From Candidatus Bathyarchaeia archaeon (lineage in GTDB: Archaea > Thermoproteota > Bathyarchaeia > Bathyarchaeales > Bathycorpusculaceae), in the NCBI GenBank assembly GCA_049969855.1, contig JBMFOB010000008.1, forward strand, positions 1-54,396: a DNA stretch of 54,396 nucleotides. The letters run 5' to 3'. The notes beneath the pieces are model-generated. The model did not search any database. It saw only the letters and a program-made list of their open reading frames with translations, and was not told where the DNA came from. Of this stretch, positions 28,834 to 39,304 are shown piece by piece (the stretch's first letter is position 1; each line of letters opens with the position of its first letter). The translations under genes were made by a program, and so were the position numbers.

Positions 28834-29357
28834 AACAGCTTCTCTCCTTGTTCTCCATAAATTTTGACAGCCAAATCCCGCGTGATTTCTTCTGGCTTTC
28901 GGGCGTAAAGCTTGTAAGCCTGATCCTTTCTAGAAACCTTTTTTAGAACGTTCCATCCGCCTTCTTGGCACACTTTTACGCATTGTGGGTTCCCATTGCA
29001 CAAGTCGCAGATTAAAATGTAATTTTCAGTGGGGTGCATGTGGGGGATTCTGCCAGGACAAGCGTCAATGCACTGTCCGCAACCAACACACTTATCCTCA
29101 TCCACCAAAACTGCGCCCGTTTCTTTGCTTATTGATAAAGCTTTAACTGGACACGCTTCTACGCATGGATAATCTTCACATTGAGTGCAAAAATGCGGGA
29201 AATCCAAGCCTGGAACCAGCATGAAAACCCTTATTCTTGAGGCTTCTGGCCATATGCGTTTTTCATGGAAAAGTGAACATGCAATTTCGCATTTTCTACA
29301 ACCGCTACATTTCGCCAAGTCTCTCGCAATCCAAATGGGTTCCTTTTTTGTTGGCAA
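28830..29357 (-). CDS. Polyferredoxin small subunit (four 4Fe-4S motifs) of the WOR5-like enzyme
   Basis: CSGCRKCEIAC, CTQCEDYPCVEACP, CVGCGQCIDACP, CDLC...CVKVC; ATGA overlap. Confidence 0.9.
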   Translation of the reverse strand: MPTKKEPIWIARDLAKCSGCRKCEIACSLFHEKRIWPEASRIRVFMLVPGLDFPHFCTQCEDYPCVEACPVKALSISKETGAVLVDEDKCVGCGQCIDACPGRIPHMHPTENYILICDLCNGNPQCVKVCQEGGWNVLKKVSRKDQAYKLYARKPEEITRDLAVKIYGEQGEKLL

Positions 29358-29482
29358 ATTGAAGCCATCCCTTGAATGTTGTAAATTTCTTTAAGGATGG
29401 TTTCCCATTTAAGTGTGTTTCGGGTTATGATAACATCTTTAAATGATAGTTTCTAATTTCTGTTGAGAAGAGGCTATAACGA

Positions 29483-30049
29483 TTGGCTACTCTGTATGAA
29501 CTCTTAGGCATTCTAGTCACATCCTTCGTTTTAAACATTATACCCTTCATGGGACCGTCCAACATGCTAATTGCCACAAGCGCTGCTTTGCTCGTAAACG
29601 CTGATCCATTCACAATAGGTTTTCTTGTAGCTTTGGGTTCAGCCTTGGCAAAGTCCATCCATTATGCTGTCACCTTCTTCGTCGGCGCCTTTCTAAGCGA
29701 AGAACGAAGAAAACGCATTGACACGGCAGGATTAAAACTTAAACGTTGGGCTTTTTTGGCGCTTTTTGTTGTAGCGGCGACGCCGCTTCCTGACGAACCA
29801 GTAGTGGTGCCATTAGGCCTCATAAAATACAACCCGGCGAAGTTTTTTGCATCATACTTTATTGGAAAACTTTCAATCACAATAGTTGGCGCTTACTTGG
29901 GAAAAGCAGGTCAAGAATTTCTGATGCCTTGGGTGGGTCAAGAAATTCTGATGGTAGCTTCAATAATTCTTACTATAGTTGTAACTGTGGTTTTGTTAAA
30001 AGTTGACATAAGTGAAATTGCACGGAAAGTTGTTAAAAGAAAGTCTTAA
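29483..30049 (+). CDS. VTT/DedA-like membrane protein
   Basis: NIIPFMGP, AATPLPDE, F..GK; hydrophobic. Confidence 0.75.
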   Translation: MATLYELLGILVTSFVLNIIPFMGPSNMLIATSAALLVNADPFTIGFLVALGSALAKSIHYAVTFFVGAFLSEERRKRIDTAGLKLKRWAFLALFVVAATPLPDEPVVVPLGLIKYNPAKFFASYFIGKLSITIVGAYLGKAGQEFLMPWVGQEILMVASIILTIVVTVVLLKVDISEIARKVVKRKS

Positions 30050-30122
30050 GAAGGCTATGTTTCATTATAAACGCCTTCGCTTGCAAGAAAAACTTTTAAG
30101 ATTAAAATTAAGTCAGAAGGCT

Positions 30123-31529
30123 ATGGCTGAAGAATCCGAAGGGTTGCCAGAGCTTCCTTCACTAAGCAAATACAGAGACAAGATTGTTAATGGACCCATT
30201 GTCCGCACGTTCTTTTGGTTGGGTGTTCCTCCTCTTCTAAATCAACTTATAATTGTAGCCTATAACCTAGCGGATGCTTACTGGCTAAGCGTATACAGCG
30301 ATGTAACCGTGGCTGTTCCTAGACAAATGTGGCCTGTCATAGTTCTTTTTCAGGCGCTTTTAATGGCTCTGACAGCTGCTTGTTTAGGCATTGTTTCTCA
30401 GCATATTGGACTTAGGGCTTATGAGGATGCCAGCAAAGCTGCCTCGCGCTTTTTCACTTTATCCTTTGCAGCTGGTGCCTCTTTGAGTCTTTTACTTTTG
30501 GCCCTTAGAAACTCTATTTTCACGTTTGTTATATCTACTCCACCGGAAATTTTTGAGGATTTAATGAAATATTCTGGCATAATCGCATTTGACATTTTCT
30601 TTAATTACATATCCCTCACATATACAACGCTACTGCAAAGTATAGGAGATACCAAAAGACCAGCAATCGTGAACGGGATAGCTGTCGGCGTTAACGCGCT
30701 GTTAGATCCATTTTTAGTATTGGGCATAGGACCTTTTCCAAGGCTTGGCGTGGTTGGCGCTTCCGTCACAGATGTTATGGGGAAGATAATATCGATAGGC
30801 GCCCTATTCTACATACTTAAGCGGAATTATCCCGAGCTCAAGGTGAAGTTCACCAAAGAAATAGATGCGGGGTGGGTTCGCTTGGTTCTTCGCATAGGCT
30901 TACCTATTCTTGCGTTAGGTTTAATGAATGGTTTCGCTTTTCTCATGCAACTTAGAATAGTTAATGCCCTTGGCATAGTGGTGGCCACGGCTTTTTCCAT
31001 AGGCTTTGTAATAATGGACATAGTGGATGCAGCCCTTTGGGGACTGAGCGGAGCGACAGCCATAATGGTGGGACAAAGCTTAGGAGCAGACAACCCTAAG
31101 AGGGCTAGGGAAGTCGCTTACAAGTCGGCTCTTCTGATTTTCGCTCTCATAGTGATTGGATCAATTTTTACCTACCCAACTAGAAGGTATATAGCTGACG
31201 CATTCACAGAAGACTTGAACATACTGAATGAAACTGACATGTTCCTCCAAATATTATTGCCAACGCTTCCGTTTTTTGGGCTGTTCATAGTTGGCATGTC
31301 TACTGGGAGAGGGTCAGGCCACACAATGTTTCCCACGGCTGTTGGAATACTGAGGCTTTGGGGAGTTAGATTGGCCTTGGGTTATTTGTTGGCTTTTGTT
31401 TTTGGAATGGGTTCTTTTGGAGTTTGGCTAGCTATTGCATTAAGCAATATTGTAGGGGGAACAATCTCCGCTTTCTGGATAAAGTATGGGAACTGGGCTG
31501 AAGCGGTAGTTAAAAGGAAGTTTCCGTAA
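30123..31529 (+). CDS. MATE-family efflux transporter
   Basis: YNLADAYW, GDTKRP, NALLDPFLV, GVVGA, VGQSLGA; likely start ATG 30123. Confidence 0.9.
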   Translation: MAEESEGLPELPSLSKYRDKIVNGPIVRTFFWLGVPPLLNQLIIVAYNLADAYWLSVYSDVTVAVPRQMWPVIVLFQALLMALTAACLGIVSQHIGLRAYEDASKAASRFFTLSFAAGASLSLLLLALRNSIFTFVISTPPEIFEDLMKYSGIIAFDIFFNYISLTYTTLLQSIGDTKRPAIVNGIAVGVNALLDPFLVLGIGPFPRLGVVGASVTDVMGKIISIGALFYILKRNYPELKVKFTKEIDAGWVRLVLRIGLPILALGLMNGFAFLMQLRIVNALGIVVATAFSIGFVIMDIVDAALWGLSGATAIMVGQSLGADNPKRAREVAYKSALLIFALIVIGSIFTYPTRRYIADAFTEDLNILNETDMFLQILLPTLPFFGLFIVGMSTGRGSGHTMFPTAVGILRLWGVRLALGYLLAFVFGMGSFGVWLAIALSNIVGGTISAFWIKYGNWAEAVVKRKFP

Positions 31530-31591
31530 GAGTATTCCATAAAGCGCAAATGAAATTAGCGGATTAAACAATATGAAATTAGGCCTAAAAC

Positions 31592-32875
31592 ATGAGACTT
31601 ATAGCCGATTTACACATTCACGGACGTTACAGTCGAGCAACAAGCGATAAAATGCATATTGAAGAGATCGCTCGCTTCGCAAAAATTAAAGGTTTAAACC
31701 TTGTAGGAACTGGCGATTTTACCCATCCGAAATGGCTTAAAGAACTTCAAGAAACTTTGGTTCAAGAGTCAAATACGGGTTTGTATAAGGTTGCAAAAAA
31801 TCCAGAGTTGCCAGTCTATTTTATGATAACCACCGAAGTTAGCACAGTTTTCACCTTTGAAAATGAAGTTAAAAAAATTCATCATGTAATTTTGACTCCT
31901 AACATAGAAACTGCAGTTCAAATTAATGACAGATTAGCAAAATATGGTAATCTAGCCATAGATGGTAGACCAACGCTGAACATGGATGCTCCGCATTTGG
32001 TTGAAGAGGTTATGGAAGTTTCAAATGAAAATATGATATTTCCAGCCCACGCTTGGACGCCATGGTTCAGCATTTTCGGCGCCTTCAGCGGCTTTAACAG
32101 CATAGAAGAATGCTATCAAGACATGAGCAAACATATTTACGCCCTAGAAACGGGTCTCTCTTCAGATCCTCCAATGAATTGGCGCTTAAGCAAACTTGAC
32201 AAATTTGCCTTAGTTTCTAACAGTGACAGCCACAGTTTTTGGCCTTGGCGTATTGGAAGGGAAGCTAATGTTTTTGAGCTTAAAATGCCAAGTTATTATG
32301 AAGTTGTGGATGCTATTCGCTTTAAAGATAAGGAGCGGTTCAAATTCACTATTGAAACTGACCCTGCTTATGGAAAGTATCATTGGACTGGTCACAGAAA
32401 CTGCCACGTGTCCCTTCCGGCGGCGGAGGCCATTAAAATTGGAAACATTTGTCCTGTCTGCCGCAAGAAACTTACGAAAGGTGTTGAGCAGCGTGTGGAA
32501 GAGTTGGCTGATCGTCCACTGGGCTTTAGACCTCAGGATGCTATAGGTTTTATGCATTTGCTTCCGCTTTCTGAAATTATTGCAACCGTCTTAGGTGTAG
32601 ACTCTCCGCCTGCTCAGCAAGTGTGGAGCATTTACAATTCCTTCGTCGAGAAATTTGGCGACGAATACAGTGTGCTTATTGACGCTTCAAAAGAAGCTTT
32701 AGGCGTAGTTGACGAAAAAGTTGCAGAGGCAATAGTCAAGGTTAGGGAAGGACAAGTTAGAGTGGTGCCTGGCTATGATGGCGTTTATGGGCAACTTGTA
32801 TTTTCTGGGGAGCATTTTGCTCAAAAGTCTGTTGGTCAAAGGGTTCAACAATTGAATCTTACGGATTTTATGTGA
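31592..32875 (+). CDS. Endonuclease Q-family PHP nuclease
   Basis: DLHIHGRYSRATS, GTGDFTHP, PAHAWTPW, ETGLSSD, NSDSHS, GKYH, CPVC, PGYDGVYG. Confidence 0.9.
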   Translation: MRLIADLHIHGRYSRATSDKMHIEEIARFAKIKGLNLVGTGDFTHPKWLKELQETLVQESNTGLYKVAKNPELPVYFMITTEVSTVFTFENEVKKIHHVILTPNIETAVQINDRLAKYGNLAIDGRPTLNMDAPHLVEEVMEVSNENMIFPAHAWTPWFSIFGAFSGFNSIEECYQDMSKHIYALETGLSSDPPMNWRLSKLDKFALVSNSDSHSFWPWRIGREANVFELKMPSYYEVVDAIRFKDKERFKFTIETDPAYGKYHWTGHRNCHVSLPAAEAIKIGNICPVCRKKLTKGVEQRVEELADRPLGFRPQDAIGFMHLLPLSEIIATVLGVDSPPAQQVWSIYNSFVEKFGDEYSVLIDASKEALGVVDEKVAEAIVKVREGQVRVVPGYDGVYGQLVFSGEHFAQKSVGQRVQQLNLTDFM

Positions 32876-32968
32876 TGTTTGTTTTATGGGGTTTGATTTG
32901 TATGTGTGTTAAACAGGTATACGACAAGGTTTATTAAGTCGTAATACGCACGATAATTCCTACGAGGC

Positions 32969-33292
32969 ATGACACTAATGGAAAAAGAAGACAAAATATC
33001 AAAAATCGTCGACAGAGTCTTGAAGCAAGTCTTCGGAGAAGAAGCAACTTCTCTAATTTATAAGCATTTAGAGAAGAATCACGGCGTCAAGCCAAATGAG
33101 ATATCTGAAAAGATAGAGGTTTTTGCTAAGGGGCTTGAAGAGTTTTTGAGCAGCGGCGCATACGTCATTGAAAAGAAAATTTTGGAGGACATTTACTCAA
33201 CTTACGGCTTGCTTCGCAGATTGGAATTAGAGCGAATGCAAGAAGAATGCGATTTTGTTAGTCAAATGAAATCGCTTAAACAGAAAGCCTAA
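32969..33292 (+). CDS. Small helical protein, DUF3227-like
   Basis: VDRVL..VFGE....IY.HLE...EI......F..GLE......A.VIEK.I pattern. Confidence 0.6.
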   Translation: MTLMEKEDKISKIVDRVLKQVFGEEATSLIYKHLEKNHGVKPNEISEKIEVFAKGLEEFLSSGAYVIEKKILEDIYSTYGLLRRLELERMQEECDFVSQMKSLKQKA

Positions 33293-33427
33293 CATTTTAG
33301 ATTTTGTTAGTTCTTAACCGTTTATGTTTGTCGTTCTTTTGAATAACATATAACCAAAAACCATAACAATTTTATAAAAGCACCCCAGATTAATCCCTTC
33401 TAACTCAATGCTAAAGGAGCACAGTCC

Positions 33428-34813
33428 TTGAAAGACATTCTAATTAAGGCTGTAAATGTAGCTGTTCAAAAGTTTGGAGCTGAATACGCCGAAGTTCGCG
33501 GTCAAAGACTCTTTAAGACAATGCTCACGCTTAAAGAGGGTCGTGTTGAGGCGGCAAGGCAGGGAATTGAAAATGGCGCTGCCTTGCGGGTGCTTGTAAA
33601 TGGCGCATGGGGTTTTGCATCAGTTGGAACATTTGATGTTGAAACTTTGACCATGGCTGTTTCGGATGCATGCAAAATGGCGAAGGCTGCAAGTTCAAAA
33701 CTTAAAAAGCCGATAAAACTTGTTCCAACAAAAGCCTTTGAGGACAAGATTGCTGCGAAACCACGCAAGGATCCATCAAAAATTTCCATTGAAGACAAGA
33801 TTAATACGATGTTAACCATGAACAATCAAATTTTGGGTTATGACAACCGTGTAAAAAGCTGCACAATAGACTATCTTGACCTAACTGGAACAAACTATTT
33901 CATAAACAACGAAGGTTCCTACATCGAACAGGACAAGCTTTATGTTTGGTCAAGAATACTTGCCACAGCAAAAGAAGAAGACATCTTCACCTTCAGCCGT
34001 GAAGAAATAGGCTCCACTTCTGGCTACGAAATCTTCGATGTAGAAACCCCAGAAATTGTAGGTGAAAGAGTTGCGAAGCGAGCGGTGGAGCAATTGAGGG
34101 CAAAGCCACCAAAAGGCGGAACATTCCCAGTAATTTTAGGACCAAACGTTGTCGGCGTCTTCGTTCATGAAGCTTTCGGACACTTGGCTGAGGCAGACTT
34201 GACATTGTCTGGTTCTGTGCTTTTGGATAAGCTTGGAAAGAAAATTGCTTCTGGCGTTGTGACTTTCTATGATGATGGAACAGTTGATGGAGCCTTCGGT
34301 TCTTTCAAATATGACGATGAAGGGGTTCCAGCGCAGAAAACCCTTCTGATAAAAGATGGCGTTGTTGTTGGTTTGATGCATAGCCGTGAAACAGCGCAAA
34401 AATTCAACACTAAACCTACTGGAAACATGCGTGCTGAAGACTTCAGAGTGGAACCTATAATTCGCATGCGCAACACATTCATGGAACCAAAAGACTATTC
34501 CTTTGAAGAGCTTATTGAAGACGTAAAATTCGGCTATTACTTTAAAAGCTTCAGAGGCGGACAAGCTAACCTAGATGGCACCTTCCAAGTTGGCATCCAA
34601 GAAGCTTATGAAATAGTTAACGGTGAATTAGGCGAGCCTGTGCGGAACGCTTCTATAAGTGGTAACACACTTGAAACACTGTTTAAGGTAGATGCTGTTG
34701 GAAAAGACTTTGAACTGTGGCCTGGAAGATGCGGAAAAGGACAAACAGCCTTCGTATGTGATGGCGGTCCCCATGTTAAGGTGAAGGAGGTGCTTGTTGG
34801 TGGTAGCGCTTAG
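33428..34813 (+). CDS. tldD: TldD metalloprotease
   Basis: [35 protein letters not shown]. Confidence 0.92.
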   Translation: MKDILIKAVNVAVQKFGAEYAEVRGQRLFKTMLTLKEGRVEAARQGIENGAALRVLVNGAWGFASVGTFDVETLTMAVSDACKMAKAASSKLKKPIKLVPTKAFEDKIAAKPRKDPSKISIEDKINTMLTMNNQILGYDNRVKSCTIDYLDLTGTNYFINNEGSYIEQDKLYVWSRILATAKEEDIFTFSREEIGSTSGYEIFDVETPEIVGERVAKRAVEQLRAKPPKGGTFPVILGPNVVGVFVHEAFGHLAEADLTLSGSVLLDKLGKKIASGVVTFYDDGTVDGAFGSFKYDDEGVPAQKTLLIKDGVVVGLMHSRETAQKFNTKPTGNMRAEDFRVEPIIRMRNTFMEPKDYSFEELIEDVKFGYYFKSFRGGQANLDGTFQVGIQEAYEIVNGELGEPVRNASISGNTLETLFKVDAVGKDFELWPGRCGKGQTAFVCDGGPHVKVKEVLVGGSA

Positions 34814-36164
34814 GAAAGAGCAAATGTTAGATTTAGCTGAAAATGCAGTGGATTTTGCTCTGAAAAAGGGAGCCGACGAGGCTGAGGCTTTTGCATATCA
34901 AGGTCTAACAACAAACGTTGTTATTGAGAGAGGACAGATTGCCAGATGTACCAGAATAATTGATAGAGGATTGGGAATTCGAACTGTAATAAAAAGGGCT
35001 GTAGGCTTTTCTTACACTAATGTGTTAGGAAACAAAGGTGCAATCGAGGAGACGATTCTAAAAGCTTTGGGCTCTGCTAAAGCGAGCAAGCCAGACGAAG
35101 ATTGGCGTGGGCTTCCAGCCAAAAAATCGTTAAAAACTGTAAAAAACACTTATGACAGCAAAATTGTTGAGCTTCACTCTGAAGATTTAGTTGATGCAGC
35201 CTCTTTAATGTTGGATGCGGCTGAAAAAGTGGGTAAACGTGTTTTTCCCATAGAGGGTGGAGTAGGCGCCTCCTATCTTTCTAGAGCAATTGCCAACTCT
35301 AATGGAGTTGTAGCCTTTGACCATGGAACAATCATTGAATGCAGCTTAGCAACAATAGGACAAGAAGCGGGCGAAGTAACGCCAGTATGCTTCGAATTTA
35401 ATGTTGAGAGAAATTACGCCATCGACCCGGAATGGGTTGGCAAAGAAGCTGCTCGACTTGCGGTTTCGGCGTTGAAAGCCAAAAGAACAAAAACGAAAAA
35501 CATGAATGTGATATTTTCTCAGTTTGCACTGCAAGAACTCTTGTATTTCACCCTTATTAGTGCAGTTAAAGCCGACTATGTACAGAGAAATCAATCTGCA
35601 TTTAAGGGCAAAATAGGGGAAAAGGTTGCTTCTGAAAATGTGACAATTTATGATGATGGATTACTTGAAGGCGGCATTCGCACTTGGGAGTTTGATGGAG
35701 AAGGGGTTCCTCAACAAAAAACCCTCGTAATAGAGAAAGGGGTTTTACGAAACTTTCTCTATGACAATTACACTGCCAAAAAAGAGAATAAAGAAAGCAC
35801 TGGAAACGCATCGAGGGCTGGATATCTATCCACACCAGAATTAGAAGCCACAAACTTTCGCTTAATGCCCGGAAGAAAATCGCCTGAAGAACTAATCGGT
35901 GGAGTGAATGATGGCTTGCTGGTCTATTCCTTGCAAGGTGCCCACAGCAGTAATCCAGCCAGCGGAGATTTCTCTGTTGTTGCAACTCCAGCTTGGAAAA
36001 TTGAAAATGGAAAAATTGCCTATGCCACTAGAGGAACCATGGTGGCTGGCAACATCTTTCAATTACTAAAAAATGTTTCAGAGCTGGCAGATAATGAAAG
36101 GAAAATTGGGCAGTTGGTGGCGCCTTGGGTTCTTGTGGAAGATGTTAGGGTCATAGGAAAATAA
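34794..36164 (+). CDS. pmbA: PmbA/TldE protein
   Basis: [25 protein letters not shown]; lacks HExxxH; paired with tldD; exact start uncertain. Confidence 0.9.
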   Translation: MLVVALRKEQMLDLAENAVDFALKKGADEAEAFAYQGLTTNVVIERGQIARCTRIIDRGLGIRTVIKRAVGFSYTNVLGNKGAIEETILKALGSAKASKPDEDWRGLPAKKSLKTVKNTYDSKIVELHSEDLVDAASLMLDAAEKVGKRVFPIEGGVGASYLSRAIANSNGVVAFDHGTIIECSLATIGQEAGEVTPVCFEFNVERNYAIDPEWVGKEAARLAVSALKAKRTKTKNMNVIFSQFALQELLYFTLISAVKADYVQRNQSAFKGKIGEKVASENVTIYDDGLLEGGIRTWEFDGEGVPQQKTLVIEKGVLRNFLYDNYTAKKENKESTGNASRAGYLSTPELEATNFRLMPGRKSPEELIGGVNDGLLVYSLQGAHSSNPASGDFSVVATPAWKIENGKIAYATRGTMVAGNIFQLLKNVSELADNERKIGQLVAPWVLVEDVRVIGK

Positions 36165-36179
36165 ATAACTAAGGCTGTT

Positions 36180-37130
36180 ATGCGTTTAATGAAAGAGGCG
36201 AAAAAGTTGAAAGCAAAGATTAAGCAAAGTCTGTTCAAATTTAATACGCTCCGCAGAATAATTCAATTTCTTTCATTCATATTCTTCTGTGCAATGGTTT
36301 TCAATTTGGTTTCGCAACCTCTTCTGCTGCCGATTCTGTGGACTTGGGGTTTTCAGTCAAACATAGTTGGTGATGCCTTCACTGCGTTGCAACTGATGTT
36401 CTATGATGTTGTTTTTCCATGGCTTGCTTTAGCATCATTCTTAATTACTGGCATACTGGTTGGTAAATCCTTGTGCGGTTGGGTTTGTCCCTTCGGTTTC
36501 ATTCAAGATTTGATTGATTTCGCAAAACGTAAAAAAATTGAAATCTCACCTAGAACCCATGAAAGCATGGTCTATATTAAATACGCTATTTCAGGCATTG
36601 TCCTTTTCATCAGCGTAACCTTTTCTGTTGCCAAAGTTTTCGGAGTTCATAGCAGCTATGAAAGTGCGTTGGGCATTTTCGTGAAGGCGCCATTTACAAC
36701 TTTGAGTCCTGCGGAAACCTTGTTTGCAACTTTGCCTAATGGAATTTTAAACTTTAAAAATGCAATAGCAGAAAATCCCACATTGGATGTTTTATCTGGG
36801 ATTGTAAGTTTGCCTCCGCTATTTTGGGTACAACTATTCATTTTGGTGGGCGTTCTTATTTTTGCAGCATATGTTCCGAGAAGTTGGTGTAAATATTTCT
36901 GTCCCCATGGAGCTATTATGGCTATATTAAACAGGTTCAGTTTTCTTGGTTTAAAAAGGGATTTGACAAAGTGTGCAAAGGCTGAATGTCGTCGATGCGT
37001 TGAAGTGTGTCCTATGCGGGTCAGAATTTTGGATTTGCCATGGGAAAAGTTCAGCGACCCAGAATGTATTTACTGCCTAAAATGTGTGGACGCTTGTCCA
37101 AATAAGGCTATTAAACTGAAATATCCATAG
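36180..37130 (+). CDS. Membrane 4Fe-4S protein (NapH/MauN-like)
   Basis: CGWVCPFG, WCKYFCPHG, C..C...CPM, CIYCLKCVDACP; TM helices. Confidence 0.85.
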   Translation: MRLMKEAKKLKAKIKQSLFKFNTLRRIIQFLSFIFFCAMVFNLVSQPLLLPILWTWGFQSNIVGDAFTALQLMFYDVVFPWLALASFLITGILVGKSLCGWVCPFGFIQDLIDFAKRKKIEISPRTHESMVYIKYAISGIVLFISVTFSVAKVFGVHSSYESALGIFVKAPFTTLSPAETLFATLPNGILNFKNAIAENPTLDVLSGIVSLPPLFWVQLFILVGVLIFAAYVPRSWCKYFCPHGAIMAILNRFSFLGLKRDLTKCAKAECRRCVEVCPMRVRILDLPWEKFSDPECIYCLKCVDACPNKAIKLKYP

Positions 37131-37143
37131 TTGTGTAGATGTT

Positions 37144-38352
37144 TTAAGCCCAGAAGCTTTTTGAGTATTCGCTTAAAACTGTTTCGTAATTGGCTTTTGT
37201 TTGCTGGGCTATCTTATTCCAGTTGTATTTTTCTTGAACCTTTTTGTATGCATTCGTTTTTATCAAGTTTGCAAAGTTTTCGTCAAGTAACACCTTTGTT
37301 ATTCCCCAAGCTAACGATTCGGGATTGTTTGCATAAACTTTAACTCCAGTAACATAATGTTCAACTATTTCTGATAGGCCACCAGTGTCTGAAACTACAA
37401 CTGGACTTTTTGCAGCCATGGCTTCGAGGGCAACTATTCCGAAGGGTTCGAAAAGGGATGGCACAACGGAGACATCTGCGCATTTTTGCAGTTTCCTCAA
37501 GGTTTCATCGTCAACAAATCCTGTGAATTGAACCTTATGGGATAGTCCCATGTTTTTAACAATGTTTGAGAGTTGTTCTTTCATGTAGCCGTTGCCAACT
37601 ATTATAAATTTTGCATTGACTTTTTCCAAAACTTTTGGCACAGCATTAACAAGCACGTGAACCCCTTTTTCATACACCAGTCTTCCTACGAAAAGGACGA
37701 TTTTTTCTTCTGGCAATGCAAACTTGCCTCTGAAACTGCTTAAATCCTCCTGTTCCATTCTTGTGTAGACTTCAGCGTCTACGCCGTTTGGAATCATGAC
37801 TAATTTGTCTGCTGGAAGTCCAAATGCCCATTTAACATGCGAAACCATGTAGTCGCTGCAGCATATTACTCTCCATGCTTCGTATGTAAGCCACGCTTCT
37901 GTTTCATGAATCATTCTTTCATAATCAAAATGAATTCCGTTTCGCCTTCCAATTTCAGTTGAATGTATTGTTGTTAGAAGGGGTTTCCTAAAGACATGTT
38001 TTAAGCCTATTCCAGCGTTTGCAACAAGCCAATCGTGGGCGTGAAAAATGTCAACATTTCCACCGATGCTGTTGACGAGGGCTGCTGCTTCCTTCTGCAT
38101 GTTCACATTCATCAAATAAACCCATGTTGCAAAATCCGGCGAAGGGTTCTTGTAGGAGTCAACTCTAAAAACTTCAACGCCGTCGACAACCTCGTGTTGT
38201 GGCGCTTCTGGAAAATCGCATGTAACCACATAAACTTTGACACCATTTTTGGCTAGATTTCTCGATAAATAATAGACGTGAGGAGATATTCCGCCAATAA
38301 TTCTTGGTGGGAACTCCCATGTAAGCATCATAACAGTTAATTCTTTAGTCAT
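37144..38352 (-). CDS. GT4 glycosyltransferase (glycogen synthase-like)
   Basis: WEFPP..GG, HAHDW, HSTE, GRLVYEKG, EPFGIVALEAM. Confidence 0.9.
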   Translation of the reverse strand: MTKELTVMMLTWEFPPRIIGGISPHVYYLSRNLAKNGVKVYVVTCDFPEAPQHEVVDGVEVFRVDSYKNPSPDFATWVYLMNVNMQKEAAALVNSIGGNVDIFHAHDWLVANAGIGLKHVFRKPLLTTIHSTEIGRRNGIHFDYERMIHETEAWLTYEAWRVICCSDYMVSHVKWAFGLPADKLVMIPNGVDAEVYTRMEQEDLSSFRGKFALPEEKIVLFVGRLVYEKGVHVLVNAVPKVLEKVNAKFIIVGNGYMKEQLSNIVKNMGLSHKVQFTGFVDDETLRKLQKCADVSVVPSLFEPFGIVALEAMAAKSPVVVSDTGGLSEIVEHYVTGVKVYANNPESLAWGITKVLLDENFANLIKTNAYKKVQEKYNWNKIAQQTKANYETVLSEYSKSFWA

Positions 38353-38975
38353 TTGGAAACCGTTCCTCCTGCAACGCTCTTGTAGGTTTCTAAAATGTTT
38401 TTTATCCAGTTGGCAGATTTTGGCGGGATCACCTTTATCTTTTCTAATGGAACTTTATACAGTCGATAAATTTCATCTCGCATCCACTCAGACTTAACCA
38501 CTAATTTTTCTGCTTCGTACATTCCCAGCCATTCAAGACTTTTGATAGCCATGTTAAAAGGCGAATTTGCCCCATGGGAGCGATGTTCTTCTAGGCTTTC
38601 AACTGAAAAAATGAACGGCAAACTGAGCGCCTTCTTTAATGTGACTGCGGCCGGTGTGAAATGCCAATCATGAACATCTATCAAATCTACTTGTTTATGT
38701 GTGTTGTAATAGATATTTGCGGCTGTTCTTTCAACCTCTTGATTTAATGTGAGGACCCATGTGAGAACGCCTATGTGTGTGCGCACCGGATTCGTTACTC
38801 TGTAAGTTATAATGCCTTCTTGTTCCTCATGTTGTCCAGTCAAAAAATCATGATAAGTAACCACGGTGGTTTTCACATTATTTTTTGCCAATTGCACTGC
38901 AACTTCTCTAACGTAATTTGCAAGTTCTCCAACCACTCTCGGAGGGTATTCCCAAGAGAAAATTATAACATGCAT
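38349..38975 (-). CDS. Single-domain GT4 N-terminal-only protein
   Basis: WEYPP, DVHDW, then jumps straight to the C-terminal helix; ATGA overlap with the full GT4. Confidence 0.8.
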   Translation of the reverse strand: MHVIIFSWEYPPRVVGELANYVREVAVQLAKNNVKTTVVTYHDFLTGQHEEQEGIITYRVTNPVRTHIGVLTWVLTLNQEVERTAANIYYNTHKQVDLIDVHDWHFTPAAVTLKKALSLPFIFSVESLEEHRSHGANSPFNMAIKSLEWLGMYEAEKLVVKSEWMRDEIYRLYKVPLEKIKVIPPKSANWIKNILETYKSVAGGTVSK

Positions 38976-38983
38976 TGCTTTCA

Positions 38984-39235
38984 CTACGTGAAAAGTGCAC
39001 ACACTTTTATTATTCCTCTTCCAGTTAGGTAATACCGCCTTTTACCCTCGTTGTCAGCGAAGCTTTCAACAAAGCCTTCAAGTTTGTAATTGTCTAAGGT
39101 TTTTTCCACATCATCCATACTAATTTGCAGAATTTGTGCTACTTCTTCGCTTCTTCTGGCGAGGTCTGGAGCGGTGGCGCAAAGGTTATGTAACGTTTGT
39201 AAGATTTTTTCGGAGAGAGGCAATTCTTCTCTCAT
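38984..39235 (-). CDS. Small winged-helix protein
   Basis: SEEVAQILQIS..DVEKTL...EGFV....RRYYLT.RG pattern. Confidence 0.7.
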   Translation of the reverse strand: MREELPLSEKILQTLHNLCATAPDLARRSEEVAQILQISMDDVEKTLDNYKLEGFVESFADNEGKRRYYLTGRGIIKVCALFT

Positions 39236-39304
39236 AGGCGTTCACTTTGACTAGTCTTAACATAGTTTAGTAGATGTTTTCTTATAAAGGAATAGGCAGC
39301 GTAA

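Noticed and set aside
30049-30125. 11-bp direct repeat AGAAGGCTATG (30049 and 30115)
   Set aside because: Only two copies with no element between them; chance or a tiny local duplication
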